A DNA stretch of 24,000 nucleotides from Fervidibacillus albus (GTDB lineage: Bacteria; Bacillota; Bacilli; Bacillales; Caldibacillaceae): assembly GCF_026547225.1 (NCBI RefSeq), contig NZ_CP106878.1, forward strand, positions 2,155,159 to 2,179,158, read 5' to 3'. The notes below the pieces were generated by a model. It had not been told where the DNA came from and did no database searches. It saw only the letters and a program-made list of their open reading frames with translations. A program made the translations under genes and the position numbers. Position 1 is the first letter of the stretch, and each line of letters opens with the position of its first letter. Below, in pieces: positions 1 to 8,407 of this stretch.

Positions 1-1126
1 CGGCTGCCCTCGCCATGTAGCCGGAATCTTCCAAAAGGGAAATAAAGAAAAAGAGCAGAAATATTTGCGGGACGAACACAAGAACCCCGCTTACACCTGG
101 AATGATTCCTTCTAAAATTAACTTTTGAATAAATTGAGAAGCACCGATGGCGACTAAACCCTTTTCAAACCAATCGGTCATTGGTCCAGAAAAAAATCCA
201 TCCAATAAATCGGATAATGGAAAACCGAGCCAGTTGAACGTCACCATAAACATGGCATACATAAACAGTAAAAAAATCGGAATTCCGAGCCATTGATTCG
301 TTACGAATCGATCGACTTTTTCCGAAAAAGTTTCCCCTACATCGCTTATTTTTTTTACAGAAGCGGAGACCATTTTTTCCACCCGTTGGCTACGCACGGA
401 ATAAATGTATTCTGAAATGGGCATATCGATTCTCTCGGAGATCTGTTCAACAATTTCTTTTAATTTTATAGCGTCGACAGACTGTGCGACAACGGTCTGA
501 ACTGCCTGATTTCCTTCCAAATATTGAATTGCTAACCATCGGGCATAGTGAGGCAAGTCTTTTTCTCTATGGAGAAGTCGGACAATTTTTTCAATTCCTT
601 CTTCGAGAGCTTGTCCGTAGTCAATTGAGAAACATGATTGCGCGCCTGCGTTCATTTCGTCGAGGGATTCCGTGAGATTTCGGCAACCTTCCCCCGTCCG
701 CGCGATAATCGGGACGACCGGAACGCCTAATTCCTTCGATAACTGTGAAATATCAATTTCCAGCCCACGTCTTCGTGCCACATCCAACATATTTAATGCA
801 ATGATTAACGGTTTTCCGTATTCTAACAGTTGAGCCGTTAAATACAAATTCCGTTCCAATTGGGATGCATCGACGATATTTAAAATGCCCGTAAAGGAGC
901 GATTCATGAAAAATGTGCTGACGACTTCCTCATCCTTTGAAATTGGAGAGAGGGAATAGATTCCAGGCAAATCGATCAACTTCATTCGATGATTTCGAAT
1001 CGTTCCGACCTTTTGTTCCACGGTTACCCCGCTCCAATTCCCAACATAGGCATAGGATCCGGTTAACTCATTGAACAAAGAAGTTTTCCCAGTATTTGGA
1101 TTTCCCATTAAAGCCATTTTTGTCAT
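1..1126 (-). CDS. feoB: Ferrous iron transporter FeoB, N-terminal ~375 codons (gene continues past the left edge of the window)
   Basis: Absent from the supplied ORF track because there is no in-window stop. Hand translation of the minus strand from ATG 1126-1124 gives MTKMALMGNPNTGKTSLFNELTGSYAYVGNWSGVTVEQK, which has the P-loop GNPNTGKT of the FeoB G-domain. At the window edge it reads EDSGYMARAA, part of the FeoB LEDSGYMARAAF membrane motif. The start overlaps the feoA stop (TAATG). Confidence 0.93.
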   Translation of the reverse strand, partial: MTKMALMGNPNTGKTSLFNELTGSYAYVGNWSGVTVEQKVGTIRNHRMKLIDLPGIYSLSPISKDEEVVSTFFMNRSFTGILNIVDASQLERNLYLTAQLLEYGKPLIIALNMLDVARRRGLEIDISQLSKELGVPVVPIIARTGEGCRNLTESLDEMNAGAQSCFSIDYGQALEEGIEKIVRLLHREKDLPHYARWLAIQYLEGNQAVQTVVAQSVDAIKLKEIVEQISERIDMPISEYIYSVRSQRVEKMVSASVKKISDVGETFSEKVDRFVTNQWLGIPIFLLFMYAMFMVTFNWLGFPLSDLLDGFFSGPMTDWFEKGLVAIGASQFIQKLILEGIIPGVSGVLVFVPQIFLLFFFISLLEDSGYMARAA

Positions 1127-1350
1127 TATAAATTCACTTCTATCTTTCCTGCATCCTTTTTTCGAATGGCAATCGACTGGCCCTTCGATTCGATGACGAA
1201 AGGACCACCAAAGGGCATCGAATTTTTATATTGTACTTTTGAACCGACATGAAAACCGAAGTCGGATAATCTTTTTTTCACCACAAAATCGAGTAATGAA
1301 ACATCTTGAATCGTAGCGCTCTGCCCCGGTTTTAATTCCGTTAAAACCAT
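1126..1350 (-). CDS. feoA: FeoA, small SH3-like ferrous iron transport protein, 74 aa
   Basis: The C-terminal 74 aa of the 147-aa track ORF (MVLTELKPGQSATIQDV...GGPFVIESKGQSIAIRKKDAGKIEVNL) are FeoA-like. The ATG at 1350 is preceded by GAGGAGG with a 7-nt spacer. The upstream 73 codons of the track ORF cover the promoter and Fur box and are not coding. Translationally coupled to feoB. Confidence 0.85.
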   Translation of the reverse strand: MVLTELKPGQSATIQDVSLLDFVVKKRLSDFGFHVGSKVQYKNSMPFGGPFVIESKGQSIAIRKKDAGKIEVNL

Positions 1351-1375
1351 AGGGAAGTCCTCCTCTATCGTATAA

Positions 1376-1390
1376 TGATAATCATTTTCA
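1376..1390 (-). promoter_or_regulatory. Candidate Fur box (7-1-7) in the feoAB promoter
   Basis: TGATAATCATTTTCA differs at one position from the Bacillus 7-1-7 Fur consensus TGATAATnATTATCA. It lies 26-40 nt upstream of the feoA ATG, just downstream of a minus-strand TATAAT (1403-1408) that has ATGGCA 17 nt upstream (1426-1431). Confidence 0.65.
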
Positions 1391-1640
1391 ATTAGTGATT
1401 TTATTATAATACAAATTCCTTCGTTTGCCATATGAGAAAGTTGAACAAATTTGAAACATTTGCCTCCGATTTGGGAACTTCTTCCTTCATGACTATTTAC
1501 CATCCTTCTTTCCAATACTATTTTTGTGAATTCCATTACAAATAAAGGAAACGTCTTGAAATCACCCATTTTTTCCTTTTAAATAGTACTTGAGGAATGT
1601 TTATAGAAAATTTCAAAACATGAAAGGATAGGGATAGCTG

Positions 1641-4334
1641 TTGTCACTTTGGTACTCCAAAACCATTGACGAAGTAAAACAAGAACTTCAGACGGATCTT
1701 CAAAAGGGATTATCCTCGAAGGAAGTAGAGGAGCGGTTGGAAAAATTCGGTTTGAACGAATTCGAAGAACAGCAAAAAGCGTCTATTTGGAAAAAACTTT
1801 GGGAACAAATTAACAGTTTATTAATTTGGATTTTAATCGCCGCATCTGTCATCTCCGCCTTTGTCGGTGAAGGTACGGATGCGATCATTATTTTACTCGT
1901 CGTCGCTTTGAACGCTATCATCGGTGTCATTCAAGAATCAAAAGCGGAAAAGGCATTGGATGAATTGAAAAAAATGTCTTCGCCGAAAGCAATCGTCAAG
2001 CGGGATGGGGAAGTAAAGGAAATCCCATCTGAACAGATCGTTCCTGGAGATATCGTTTTAATTGATGCAGGACGATCCATTCCCGCCGATCTCCGCCTTT
2101 TTGAGTCAGCGAATTTCCAAGTGGAAGAATCCGCATTAACCGGTGAATCCGTTCCCGTCACCAAAAATGCCGATTGGGCCACGGATGATGAAGTTCCCCT
2201 CGGTGATCAAGTGAATATGGCCTTTATGAATACGGTATCCACGTACGGTCGTGCAACCGGAATCGCCGTCAACACCGGTATGAATACGGAAATGGGGAAA
2301 ATTGCAAAAATGCTCGGGCAACAATCAAAAGAAATCACCCCATTACAACGGAAATTGGATCAGCTTGGTAAAATTCTCGGCATCGGCGCACTCATTATTT
2401 CCGCAATGATGTTTGTCGTCGGATTTTTCCAAGGTCGCGATGTACTCGACATGTTTTTAATTGCTATCAGTCTTGCTGTAGCTGCAATTCCTGAAGGCAT
2501 GGTTGCTATCGTAACGATCGTACTAGCAATCGGTATGCAAGTGATGAGCAAAAAAAATGCGATCGTTCGGAAACTGCCGGCCGTTGAAACATTAGGATCC
2601 GTCAGTGTTATTTGTTCCGATAAAACGGGTACCCTTACCCAAAACAAAATGACGGTAACGAAGGTGTTTCTCAATGGGAGCGTAAAATCAATGGACGCAT
2701 TTTCGTTCAATGGGGATCGGAAAGAATCAGATCCGTTAAAAAATAGTACGGAACAATTTTTTACCGGTATGATGCTTTGTAATGATGCGACGGAAACATC
2801 TGGTGACCCGACGGAAATTGCCCTCATCCTCGCCGGAAAAAAATCCGGGTTTACGAAGGAAAAAGTCGACGAACGCTTTCAACGTGTTTTCGAACTTCCC
2901 TTCGATTCCGATCGAAAAATGATGACGACGGTTCATCAAACAAACGACGGCTATTTTTCCGTAACAAAGGGTGCTTTGGAAAGTCTTTTACCACTCATCA
3001 CTTCTATTCATATCGAAGGAAGTGTTCGACCGATTACAGAGGAGGACAAGCAGGCGATTCAACAGGCAAGTGAAAAAATGTCTGACGAAGCACTGCGCGT
3101 TTTGGCCGTTGCAAGAAGAGACGTGCAATCAGAGGAAGATTTCAATGAAGAATTAGAAAGCAATCTAACCTTTCTCGGGTTAGTCGGGATGATCGATCCT
3201 CCACGGGAAGAAGTGAAAGAATCGATTCGCCAAACGAAACGAGCCGGAATTCGCACCGTTATGATTACAGGCGATCACCAAATGACTGCTCTAGCGATTG
3301 CAAAAGAATTAGGAATTGCCCAGGATATTACGGAAACGATGACCGGAAAAGAGTTGGATGAAACGAGCGATGAACAGCTTCAAAATCGCGTAAAAACCGT
3401 CCGCGTTTTTGCTCGGGTATCTCCGGAACATAAAGTTCGCATCGTAAAGGCATTAAAGGCGAACGGTCACATCGCATCGATGACCGGCGACGGGGTCAAT
3501 GACGCTCCTTCCTTGAAACAGGCGGATGTGGGTGTTGCTATGGGAATTACCGGTACCGATGTAGCAAAGGGTGCTTCGGACATCATTTTAACGGATGATA
3601 ATTTTGCGACGATCGTATCGGCAGTACAGAAAGGGCGGAACATTTACCAAAATATTAAAAAGGCGATTTTATTCCTCCTTTCTTGTAACCTCGGAGAAAT
3701 TACCGCTTTGTTTATCGCCATTTTATTAGGACTCCCTGCGCCCCTCACAGCGGTACAAATTCTTTGGGTGAACTTAATAACCGATACGTTACCAGCGATT
3801 GCACTCGGTATGGACCCGGATGATCCGGATGTTATGAGAATGAAACCGCGAAATAAAAGGGAATCCATTTTGCACGGGAATTATGCGTACACAATCTTAA
3901 ACGGAATGTTAATTGGGCTATTAACGTTATTTTCCTTCTTATTCGGTTTAGCTTTTTATACCGATGCAAATTCCATTTTTTCCATCGACTATGGACATAT
4001 TAGTGATGATGCCTTAATTCATGCCCAAACGATGGCGTTTATTACATTAAGTTTTTCCCAGCTTATGCATTCATTAAATTTACGAAGCCAACGAAAATCG
4101 ATTTTCCAAGTCGGTTTGTTTTCGAATATGTACTTACTCGGTGCCATTTTCATCGGTCTCGTCATTCAATCGTTATTAGTATACGTTCCATTCCTCAATA
4201 CAGCTTTTGACATTCATTATTTAACAGCCGGTGACTTGTTCTTTCTTCTCCTCGTGTCAATCACACCGGTCATTGTAAACGAAATCGTCAAAGGGATGAA
4301 ACGTTTGTTCAATAAGGAAAAAGGAATCGCCTAA
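1641..4334 (+). CDS. P-type IIA cation ATPase (SERCA/YloB-like, probable Ca2+ exporter), 897 aa
   Basis: Contains CSDKTGTLTQNKM (phosphorylation site), TGDGVNDAPSLKQADVGVAMG, IPEGM in TM4 and NLITDTLPAIALG in TM6, which are Ca2+-site-type residues. The N-terminal cation-ATPase domain has GLSSKEVEERLEKFGLNE. TTG start with a weak SD (AAAGGA at 1623-1628), so the exact start is less certain than the gene call. Confidence 0.92.
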   Translation: MSLWYSKTIDEVKQELQTDLQKGLSSKEVEERLEKFGLNEFEEQQKASIWKKLWEQINSLLIWILIAASVISAFVGEGTDAIIILLVVALNAIIGVIQESKAEKALDELKKMSSPKAIVKRDGEVKEIPSEQIVPGDIVLIDAGRSIPADLRLFESANFQVEESALTGESVPVTKNADWATDDEVPLGDQVNMAFMNTVSTYGRATGIAVNTGMNTEMGKIAKMLGQQSKEITPLQRKLDQLGKILGIGALIISAMMFVVGFFQGRDVLDMFLIAISLAVAAIPEGMVAIVTIVLAIGMQVMSKKNAIVRKLPAVETLGSVSVICSDKTGTLTQNKMTVTKVFLNGSVKSMDAFSFNGDRKESDPLKNSTEQFFTGMMLCNDATETSGDPTEIALILAGKKSGFTKEKVDERFQRVFELPFDSDRKMMTTVHQTNDGYFSVTKGALESLLPLITSIHIEGSVRPITEEDKQAIQQASEKMSDEALRVLAVARRDVQSEEDFNEELESNLTFLGLVGMIDPPREEVKESIRQTKRAGIRTVMITGDHQMTALAIAKELGIAQDITETMTGKELDETSDEQLQNRVKTVRVFARVSPEHKVRIVKALKANGHIASMTGDGVNDAPSLKQADVGVAMGITGTDVAKGASDIILTDDNFATIVSAVQKGRNIYQNIKKAILFLLSCNLGEITALFIAILLGLPAPLTAVQILWVNLITDTLPAIALGMDPDDPDVMRMKPRNKRESILHGNYAYTILNGMLIGLLTLFSFLFGLAFYTDANSIFSIDYGHISDDALIHAQTMAFITLSFSQLMHSLNLRSQRKSIFQVGLFSNMYLLGAIFIGLVIQSLLVYVPFLNTAFDIHYLTAGDLFFLLLVSITPVIVNEIVKGMKRLFNKEKGIA

Positions 4335-4351
4335 CTGCAAAATTCGGTCAG

Positions 4352-4398
4352 AAAAAAACACATTGGAATCGTCAATCATGACTCCGATGTGTTTTTTT
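4352..4398 (+). terminator. Rho-independent terminator, bidirectional in form, after the ATPase gene
   Basis: ACACATTGGA (4358-4367) pairs with TCCGATGTGT (4383-4392), with one G-U pair. An A-run precedes it and a T-run (4392-4398) follows. Confidence 0.75.
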
Positions 4399-4475
4399 CG
4401 GTTCTTTGTCAAATCGTGTTGGTGAATCATTTCGTGACTTTTTTCAGTAAAATGTAATCGGTAAGTTGTCCATTC

Positions 4476-4584
4476 ATCCATTGGCGGACGCGCATCCAGT
4501 GGCACGGCTCGAGCCTCCTCGTCACTTCATTCCTGCGGGGTCTCGAGGCTCGTGCTTTACCCGTAGGAGTCGTCGCCAATGGAT
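4476..4584. repeat. 109-nt GC-rich imperfect palindrome (candidate paired IS terminal repeats, a MITE-like element, or a structured RNA)
   Basis: About 61% GC by hand count in an AT-rich background. Terminal arms ATCCATTGGCG(G)ACG (4476-4490) and CGTCGCCAATGGAT (4571-4584) give 14 bp with one bulge. Internally there is GGCTCGAGCC (4506-4515, a perfect 10-bp palindrome), GAGCCTC (4511-4517) pairing with GAGGCTC (4545-4551), and CCTGCGGG (4532-4539) pairing with CCCGTAGG (4560-4567). Confidence 0.6.
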
Positions 4585-4636
4585 CATTTTCTATTTTGGA
4601 CTTAGTGGACACCTTTTTTATGGTTAAGAAATAATT

Positions 4637-4858
4637 GATAATAAGAATACGATTTTTAAAATAATCAAAACACTGATAACCAAATGCAATGCGTTTAATC
4701 GTCTTAAGCATATTATTGATTCCTTCCTAAACCCCGTTGTTGTTTTTTCATTTCAACGTGTTTTCGACATGAGATCTGTATTTCATCATTGTGTTAATGG
4801 CGGTTTTCATATTGTTTTTGACAGAACCTTAAATGTTGAGACATGGGACATTCCTCCT
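4637..4858 (-). pseudogene. ISL3-family transposase, C-terminal remnant with in-frame stops
   Basis: Minus-strand frame reads MKTAINTMMKYRSHVENTLK*KNNNGV*EGINNMLKTIKRIAFGYQCFDYFKNRILII. This matches the conserved ISL3 C-terminus (sNG.lEGiNNkiKviKR.ayGyrnf.nfrnRIl). Stops fall at 4748-4750 and 4727-4729, with another further upstream. No catalytic DDE region is present. Confidence 0.75.
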
Positions 4859-4919
4859 TTACATGTGGTTTGGCGATTGCATTTTACGAGGGGAGTGTCA
4901 TTTGTCTCTATTTTTTGAT

Positions 4920-4958
4920 CGAAAAAAGGTGTTGGTTTTTTGTCACCAACACCAAAAA
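4920..4958 (-). terminator. Rho-independent terminator of floT (bidirectional form)
   Basis: GGTGTTGGT (4928-4936) pairs with ACCAACACC (4945-4953), a perfect 9-bp stem. On the minus strand it is followed by TTTTTT (4922-4927). Confidence 0.8.
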
Positions 4959-4979
4959 TGATAGAGCCAAGAAAATATC

Positions 4980-6455
4980 CTACTTTTCTCCGTTTCCTTT
5001 AGAAGATAAGTTTTCCAACAGTTCCTTCACATTAATGCCAGCAGAAGCTTTTAACGATTCTTGCAGCGTCGCCATTAAGTTCGTTGCGTAACCGGTAATT
5101 TTATTCGCTCCTCCGTTTTGGTTAGATGAACCTGTATCGACAACGGTAATTTGATCGATATTGGCCATCGGTGCTGCCACTTGTTTTGCATATTCCGGAA
5201 GCATTTTTAAGATCATGTCGAGTACTGCTGCTTCTCCAAATTTTTCGTAAGCTTCTGCCACTTTTTGTTTCGCTTCCGCCTCCGCTAACCCTTTCAATCG
5301 AATAATTTCCGCTTCCGTTTCCCCTTGAGCTTTCTGGGCTTCCGCTTTTGCCATCCCATCCAATCGAATACGTTCCGCTTCCGCTTTTGCCATCGCTTCG
5401 ATTCGATATTTGTTTGCTTCTGCTTCAGCCATTTCCTTCGCTTTATTTGCAGCTGCCGATTGTTCAACGGCATAACGGTCGGCATCTGCTTTCTTTTTCA
5501 CTTCTGAATCGTATTGCCGTTCTCGACGTAAAATTTCCTTTTCTTCCAATTCGATTTGCTTTTGCCGTTCGATAATTTTTACTTGCATTTCCTGCTCGGT
5601 TACTTCTTGTTTCGCACGTGCCGCTTCCAAATCGTAAGCTTGGTCAGCCCTCGCCTTTGCAATATCTTGTTCTCTTCGGTACTCGGCGATTTTCAATTGA
5701 TTTTCCTTTTCCGATTCGGCGATTTCTGTTGCCCGTAGCAATTCCGCTTTTTTCGCATCCTTAATCGCTTCAGCCTTCTTTATTCTCGTTTCCTTTTCCG
5801 CTTCCGCCTGGGCGATTTCCGCATCCCTTTTCACTTGAGCGATACGCGGTTTTCCTAATGAATCCAAATATCCGTTTTTATCCCGAACATCTTTAATCGT
5901 AAACGATACGATTGTCAATCCCATTTTCGCCAAATCTTGGGTCGCTACCCGTTGTACTTCTTGGGAAAATTTATCGCGGTTTTTGTAAATTTCTTCGACG
6001 GTCATAGAACCGAGAATTGAACGCAAATGCCCTTCCAACACTTCCCGCGCTTCGTTTTCCAAATCTTGTTTCGTTTTCCCGAGGAATTGTTCCGCAGCCG
6101 TCGCAATTTCTCCAATGGAACTTCCTACCTTAATGATCGCCGTTCCATCCGCCATGACGGGAACCCCTTGTTCCGTATATACTTCCGGTGTAGAAACTTC
6201 CAATTTACTCGATAACAAGCTCAACGGTTCTGCCCGTTGGAAAACCGGTAATACGAATGTTCCGCCACCACGGATGATTTTAATTTTGTTGCCGGACTCA
6301 TCGACATGTACATTTTTACTTCCTAAATAGCTCCCCGTTACAATTAATGCTTCATCGGGGCCAGCTGTCCGATACTTCGATACAAAAACACCGATTAATG
6401 CTAAAATTAAGACTGCGACAATGACAATAATAATGGTTATGCTATTAAAAATCAT
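4980..6455 (-). CDS. floT: Flotillin (SPFH/Band 7 domain plus Ala/Glu-rich coiled-coil), YuaG/FloT-like, 491 aa
   Basis: N-terminal TM segment, an SPFH domain (EALIVTGSYLG...KIIRGGGTFVLPVFQ), and a long EA-repeat flotillin region (AEAEAERIRLDGMAKAEAQKAQGETEAEIIRLKGLAEAEAKQK). GGAGG lies 7 nt before the ATG. The gene is downstream of nfeD, as in B. subtilis yuaF-yuaG. Confidence 0.92.
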   Translation of the reverse strand: MIFNSITIIIVIVAVLILALIGVFVSKYRTAGPDEALIVTGSYLGSKNVHVDESGNKIKIIRGGGTFVLPVFQRAEPLSLLSSKLEVSTPEVYTEQGVPVMADGTAIIKVGSSIGEIATAAEQFLGKTKQDLENEAREVLEGHLRSILGSMTVEEIYKNRDKFSQEVQRVATQDLAKMGLTIVSFTIKDVRDKNGYLDSLGKPRIAQVKRDAEIAQAEAEKETRIKKAEAIKDAKKAELLRATEIAESEKENQLKIAEYRREQDIAKARADQAYDLEAARAKQEVTEQEMQVKIIERQKQIELEEKEILRRERQYDSEVKKKADADRYAVEQSAAANKAKEMAEAEANKYRIEAMAKAEAERIRLDGMAKAEAQKAQGETEAEIIRLKGLAEAEAKQKVAEAYEKFGEAAVLDMILKMLPEYAKQVAAPMANIDQITVVDTGSSNQNGGANKITGYATNLMATLQESLKASAGINVKELLENLSSKGNGEK

Positions 6456-6514
6456 CGTTCAACCTCCTATTCAAATGTTTGATAATCTTTTTGAATTCAT
6501 TTCGAAAAACTCAG

Positions 6515-7057
6515 TTAATTGTTTCTAAATAATGTTCTTTCATCATACGGTTTTACGTATACAACCCCATTTTTTACATCCACAGCCAATACTCGAATTC
6601 CTTCATCGATTTCTGCTCCATCTAAACTTGCCGCCGTTTTCGCAATCCGGCCACTATTGCTTTCAAACAACACCTCCCCAAATCCATCCTTTGGTATTGG
6701 AACAATAATCGTCCCAAGCCTTCCCTTTAACGACTCTTCACTATAGGCAATGGACCCTTCCGCTGAAGATAACGGGACGAGCACGAATAAATTTAAGAGA
6801 GTCGTTAACAAAAAGGAACTAAACGCCGATAAAAGGAAAATAAAAAGGCTGTTCATCACTTGAACAAGTTCTAATATGTACCCCGCAGCGGAAAGAAAAA
6901 CAAGAAAAACGAGAATCAAAACCGGATTCAAAAAAGGAATGCCTTCGCCGACTCCATCCAAAGCATCGCCAAATAAAATATAAAATAAGACGAGAATTCC
7001 AGAAACGATGAGCACCGTTAAATAAACGGATTCCATTGAAGCACCGAATACACCCAT
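6515..7057 (-). CDS. NfeD-family membrane protein (YuaF-like), 180 aa
   Basis: Three or four N-terminal TM helices followed by a C-terminal OB-fold NfeD region (LKGRLGTIIVPIPKDGFGEVLFESNSGRIAKTAASLDGAEIDEGIRVLAVDVKNGVVYVKP). I place the start at ATG 7057 (AAGGAAG, then about 6 nt). The 38 extra N-terminal codons in the track ORF lack an SD and are hydrophilic. Confidence 0.85.
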   Translation of the reverse strand: MGVFGASMESVYLTVLIVSGILVLFYILFGDALDGVGEGIPFLNPVLILVFLVFLSAAGYILELVQVMNSLFIFLLSAFSSFLLTTLLNLFVLVPLSSAEGSIAYSEESLKGRLGTIIVPIPKDGFGEVLFESNSGRIAKTAASLDGAEIDEGIRVLAVDVKNGVVYVKPYDERTLFRNN

Positions 7058-7203
7058 ATGCATCTTCCTTTTCCATTTTGTAAATTTGAATTGATCGGCT
7101 GAATAAAAACTTTCTTCATCCTTGCCTTCGCGGGTACTATTTACTACGTTCCAAAAGCAAAAAAGTTTCATGTCTTGAAAAAGTTTTTATCCACACCTCC
7201 TTT

Positions 7204-7212
7204 ATTGTATCA
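7204..7212 (-). promoter_or_regulatory. Candidate extended -10 (TGATACAAT) for nfeD-floT
   Basis: The minus strand reads TGATACAAT (TGnTAcAAT). There is no good -35. This implies a leader of about 140 nt. Confidence 0.4.
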
Positions 7213-7327
7213 TTTCTTCTAAAGATTTCGTTCGATTTTTTTGTCTATTCAAAAAAAAGTCCTTGTCTACTTTTGTTTATAATGATATCATTTTAATATG
7301 AATGTAATATTGAGGAGGAATTATTTG

Positions 7328-8170
7328 ATGAAGGAAAAAGGTGCTTGGTCCGTTAGTGGTTTTTTAGGTGTCATCATCATTGTCGGATTCGTCGCATTGA
7401 GCGTTTTCTCTTTTTACTACCAATACATTGTTGTCGGAGTTTTTTCTGCTTTACTCGCAGCATTGGTTGCAAGTGGCATTACGATCGTACAGCCGAATCA
7501 AGCAAAGGTTGTCATTTTTTTCGGAAAATACATGGGAAGTATTACGAACAGTGGTTTATTTTTAACGATTCCTTTAACGATTCGGCAGTCCGTTTCATTA
7601 CGAGTTCGCAATTTTAACAGTAGCAAATTAAAAGTCAATGACGTGGAAGGGAACCCAATCGAAATTGCCGCCGTCGTCGTTTTTAAAGTTGTCGATTCTG
7701 CAAAAGCGGTGTTCGATGTGGACAATTATGAAGAATTTGTGGAAATACAAAGTGAAACGGCCATCCGTCATGTGGCGACCAATTATCCGTACGACAACTT
7801 TTTAGATGACGATATTTCCTTAAGGGGAAACGCAGACATTGTTTCCGATGAGCTGACGAAAAATTTACAAGAGCGATTAAACGTCTCCGGTGTGAAGGTG
7901 TTGGAAGCTCGATTAACCCACCTTGCCTATTCGACGGAAATCGCAAGTGCCATGCTACAACGACAACAGGCGACGGCCATTTTATCCGCCCGGAAGAAAA
8001 TCGTACAAGGAGCGGTGTCCATGGCTCAAATGGCAGTGGAACAATTGGAGAAGGATGGCGTTTTAGAACTGGATGAGGAACGGAAAGTAAATATGGTAAA
8101 TAATTTAATGGTAGCCATCATTTCCGATCGCGGCGCCCAACCGGTTTTAAACGCTGGGACTCTTTATTAG
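7328..8170 (+). CDS. Membrane-anchored SPFH/Band 7 (stomatin/prohibitin-like) protein, 280 aa
   Basis: Two N-terminal TM helices, then a Band 7 fold ([18 protein letters not shown]...[23 protein letters not shown]...[27 protein letters not shown]). The start is re-set to ATG 7328, preceded by GAGGAGGA and an 8-nt spacer. The track start at 7298 has no SD. Confidence 0.9.
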   Translation: MKEKGAWSVSGFLGVIIIVGFVALSVFSFYYQYIVVGVFSALLAALVASGITIVQPNQAKVVIFFGKYMGSITNSGLFLTIPLTIRQSVSLRVRNFNSSKLKVNDVEGNPIEIAAVVVFKVVDSAKAVFDVDNYEEFVEIQSETAIRHVATNYPYDNFLDDDISLRGNADIVSDELTKNLQERLNVSGVKVLEARLTHLAYSTEIASAMLQRQQATAILSARKKIVQGAVSMAQMAVEQLEKDGVLELDEERKVNMVNNLMVAIISDRGAQPVLNAGTLY

Positions 8171-8186
8171 ATAGAAGGAATTCAAA

Positions 8187-8363
8187 ATGGCGAAAAAAAA
8201 ACAATTTCCTCTTCGAATTGACCCCGACTTGTATAATGCGATTGAACGTTGGGCGCAGGATGAATTTCGTAGTGTAAATGGTCATATTGAATACTTATTG
8301 AGAGAAGCCGTTTTAAAAAGTGGCCGCAGCATCCATAAGGAGAAAAAAAAGAAAAACGAATAA
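8187..8363 (+). CDS. Arc/MetJ-type ribbon-helix-helix DNA-binding protein, 58 aa (below the ORF-track cutoff)
   Basis: Translates to [58 protein letters not shown]. The pattern is basic N-terminus, beta strand (FPLRI), helix, SxN, helix, as in Arc-like RHH proteins. GAAGGAA lies about 7 nt before the ATG, and the gene starts 16 nt after the SPFH stop. Confidence 0.75.
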   Translation: MAKKKQFPLRIDPDLYNAIERWAQDEFRSVNGHIEYLLREAVLKSGRSIHKEKKKKNE

Positions 8364-8407
8364 ATCCGTTGACAACTCGGAGATGCCTTGTAAGCACTTA
8401 AAAAATA

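Noticed and set aside
1700-3868. Multiple 60-155-aa minus-strand ORFs inside the P-type ATPase gene
   Set aside because: They are antisense to a full-length, motif-complete 897-aa ATPase, with no SDs or domains. The same applies to the antisense ORFs inside the MATE, mnt, cadA, GGDEF-EAL and adhE genes.
4427-4711. 94-aa minus-strand ORF
   Set aside because: Only its first ~25 codons are real transposase C-terminus (MLKTIKRIAFGYQCFDYFKNRILII). The rest is chance read-through across the GC-rich palindrome, and the upstream transposase frame is broken by stops.
4843-5091. 82-aa plus-strand ORF
   Set aside because: It runs through the floT terminator hairpin and is antisense to the floT 3' end. 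No SD and no recognisable domain.
5294-6330. Cluster of 60-75-aa ORFs on both strands inside floT
   Set aside because: They are artefacts of the low-complexity Ala/Glu/Lys repeat coding region of flotillin. All are nested in, or antisense to, a well-supported 491-aa gene.
8182-8397. 71-aa minus-strand ORF in the track
   Set aside because: It is antisense to the far better supported 58-aa RHH ORF (8187-8363, plus strand), which has an SD and operon context. The 71-aa protein has no recognisable features and no SD.
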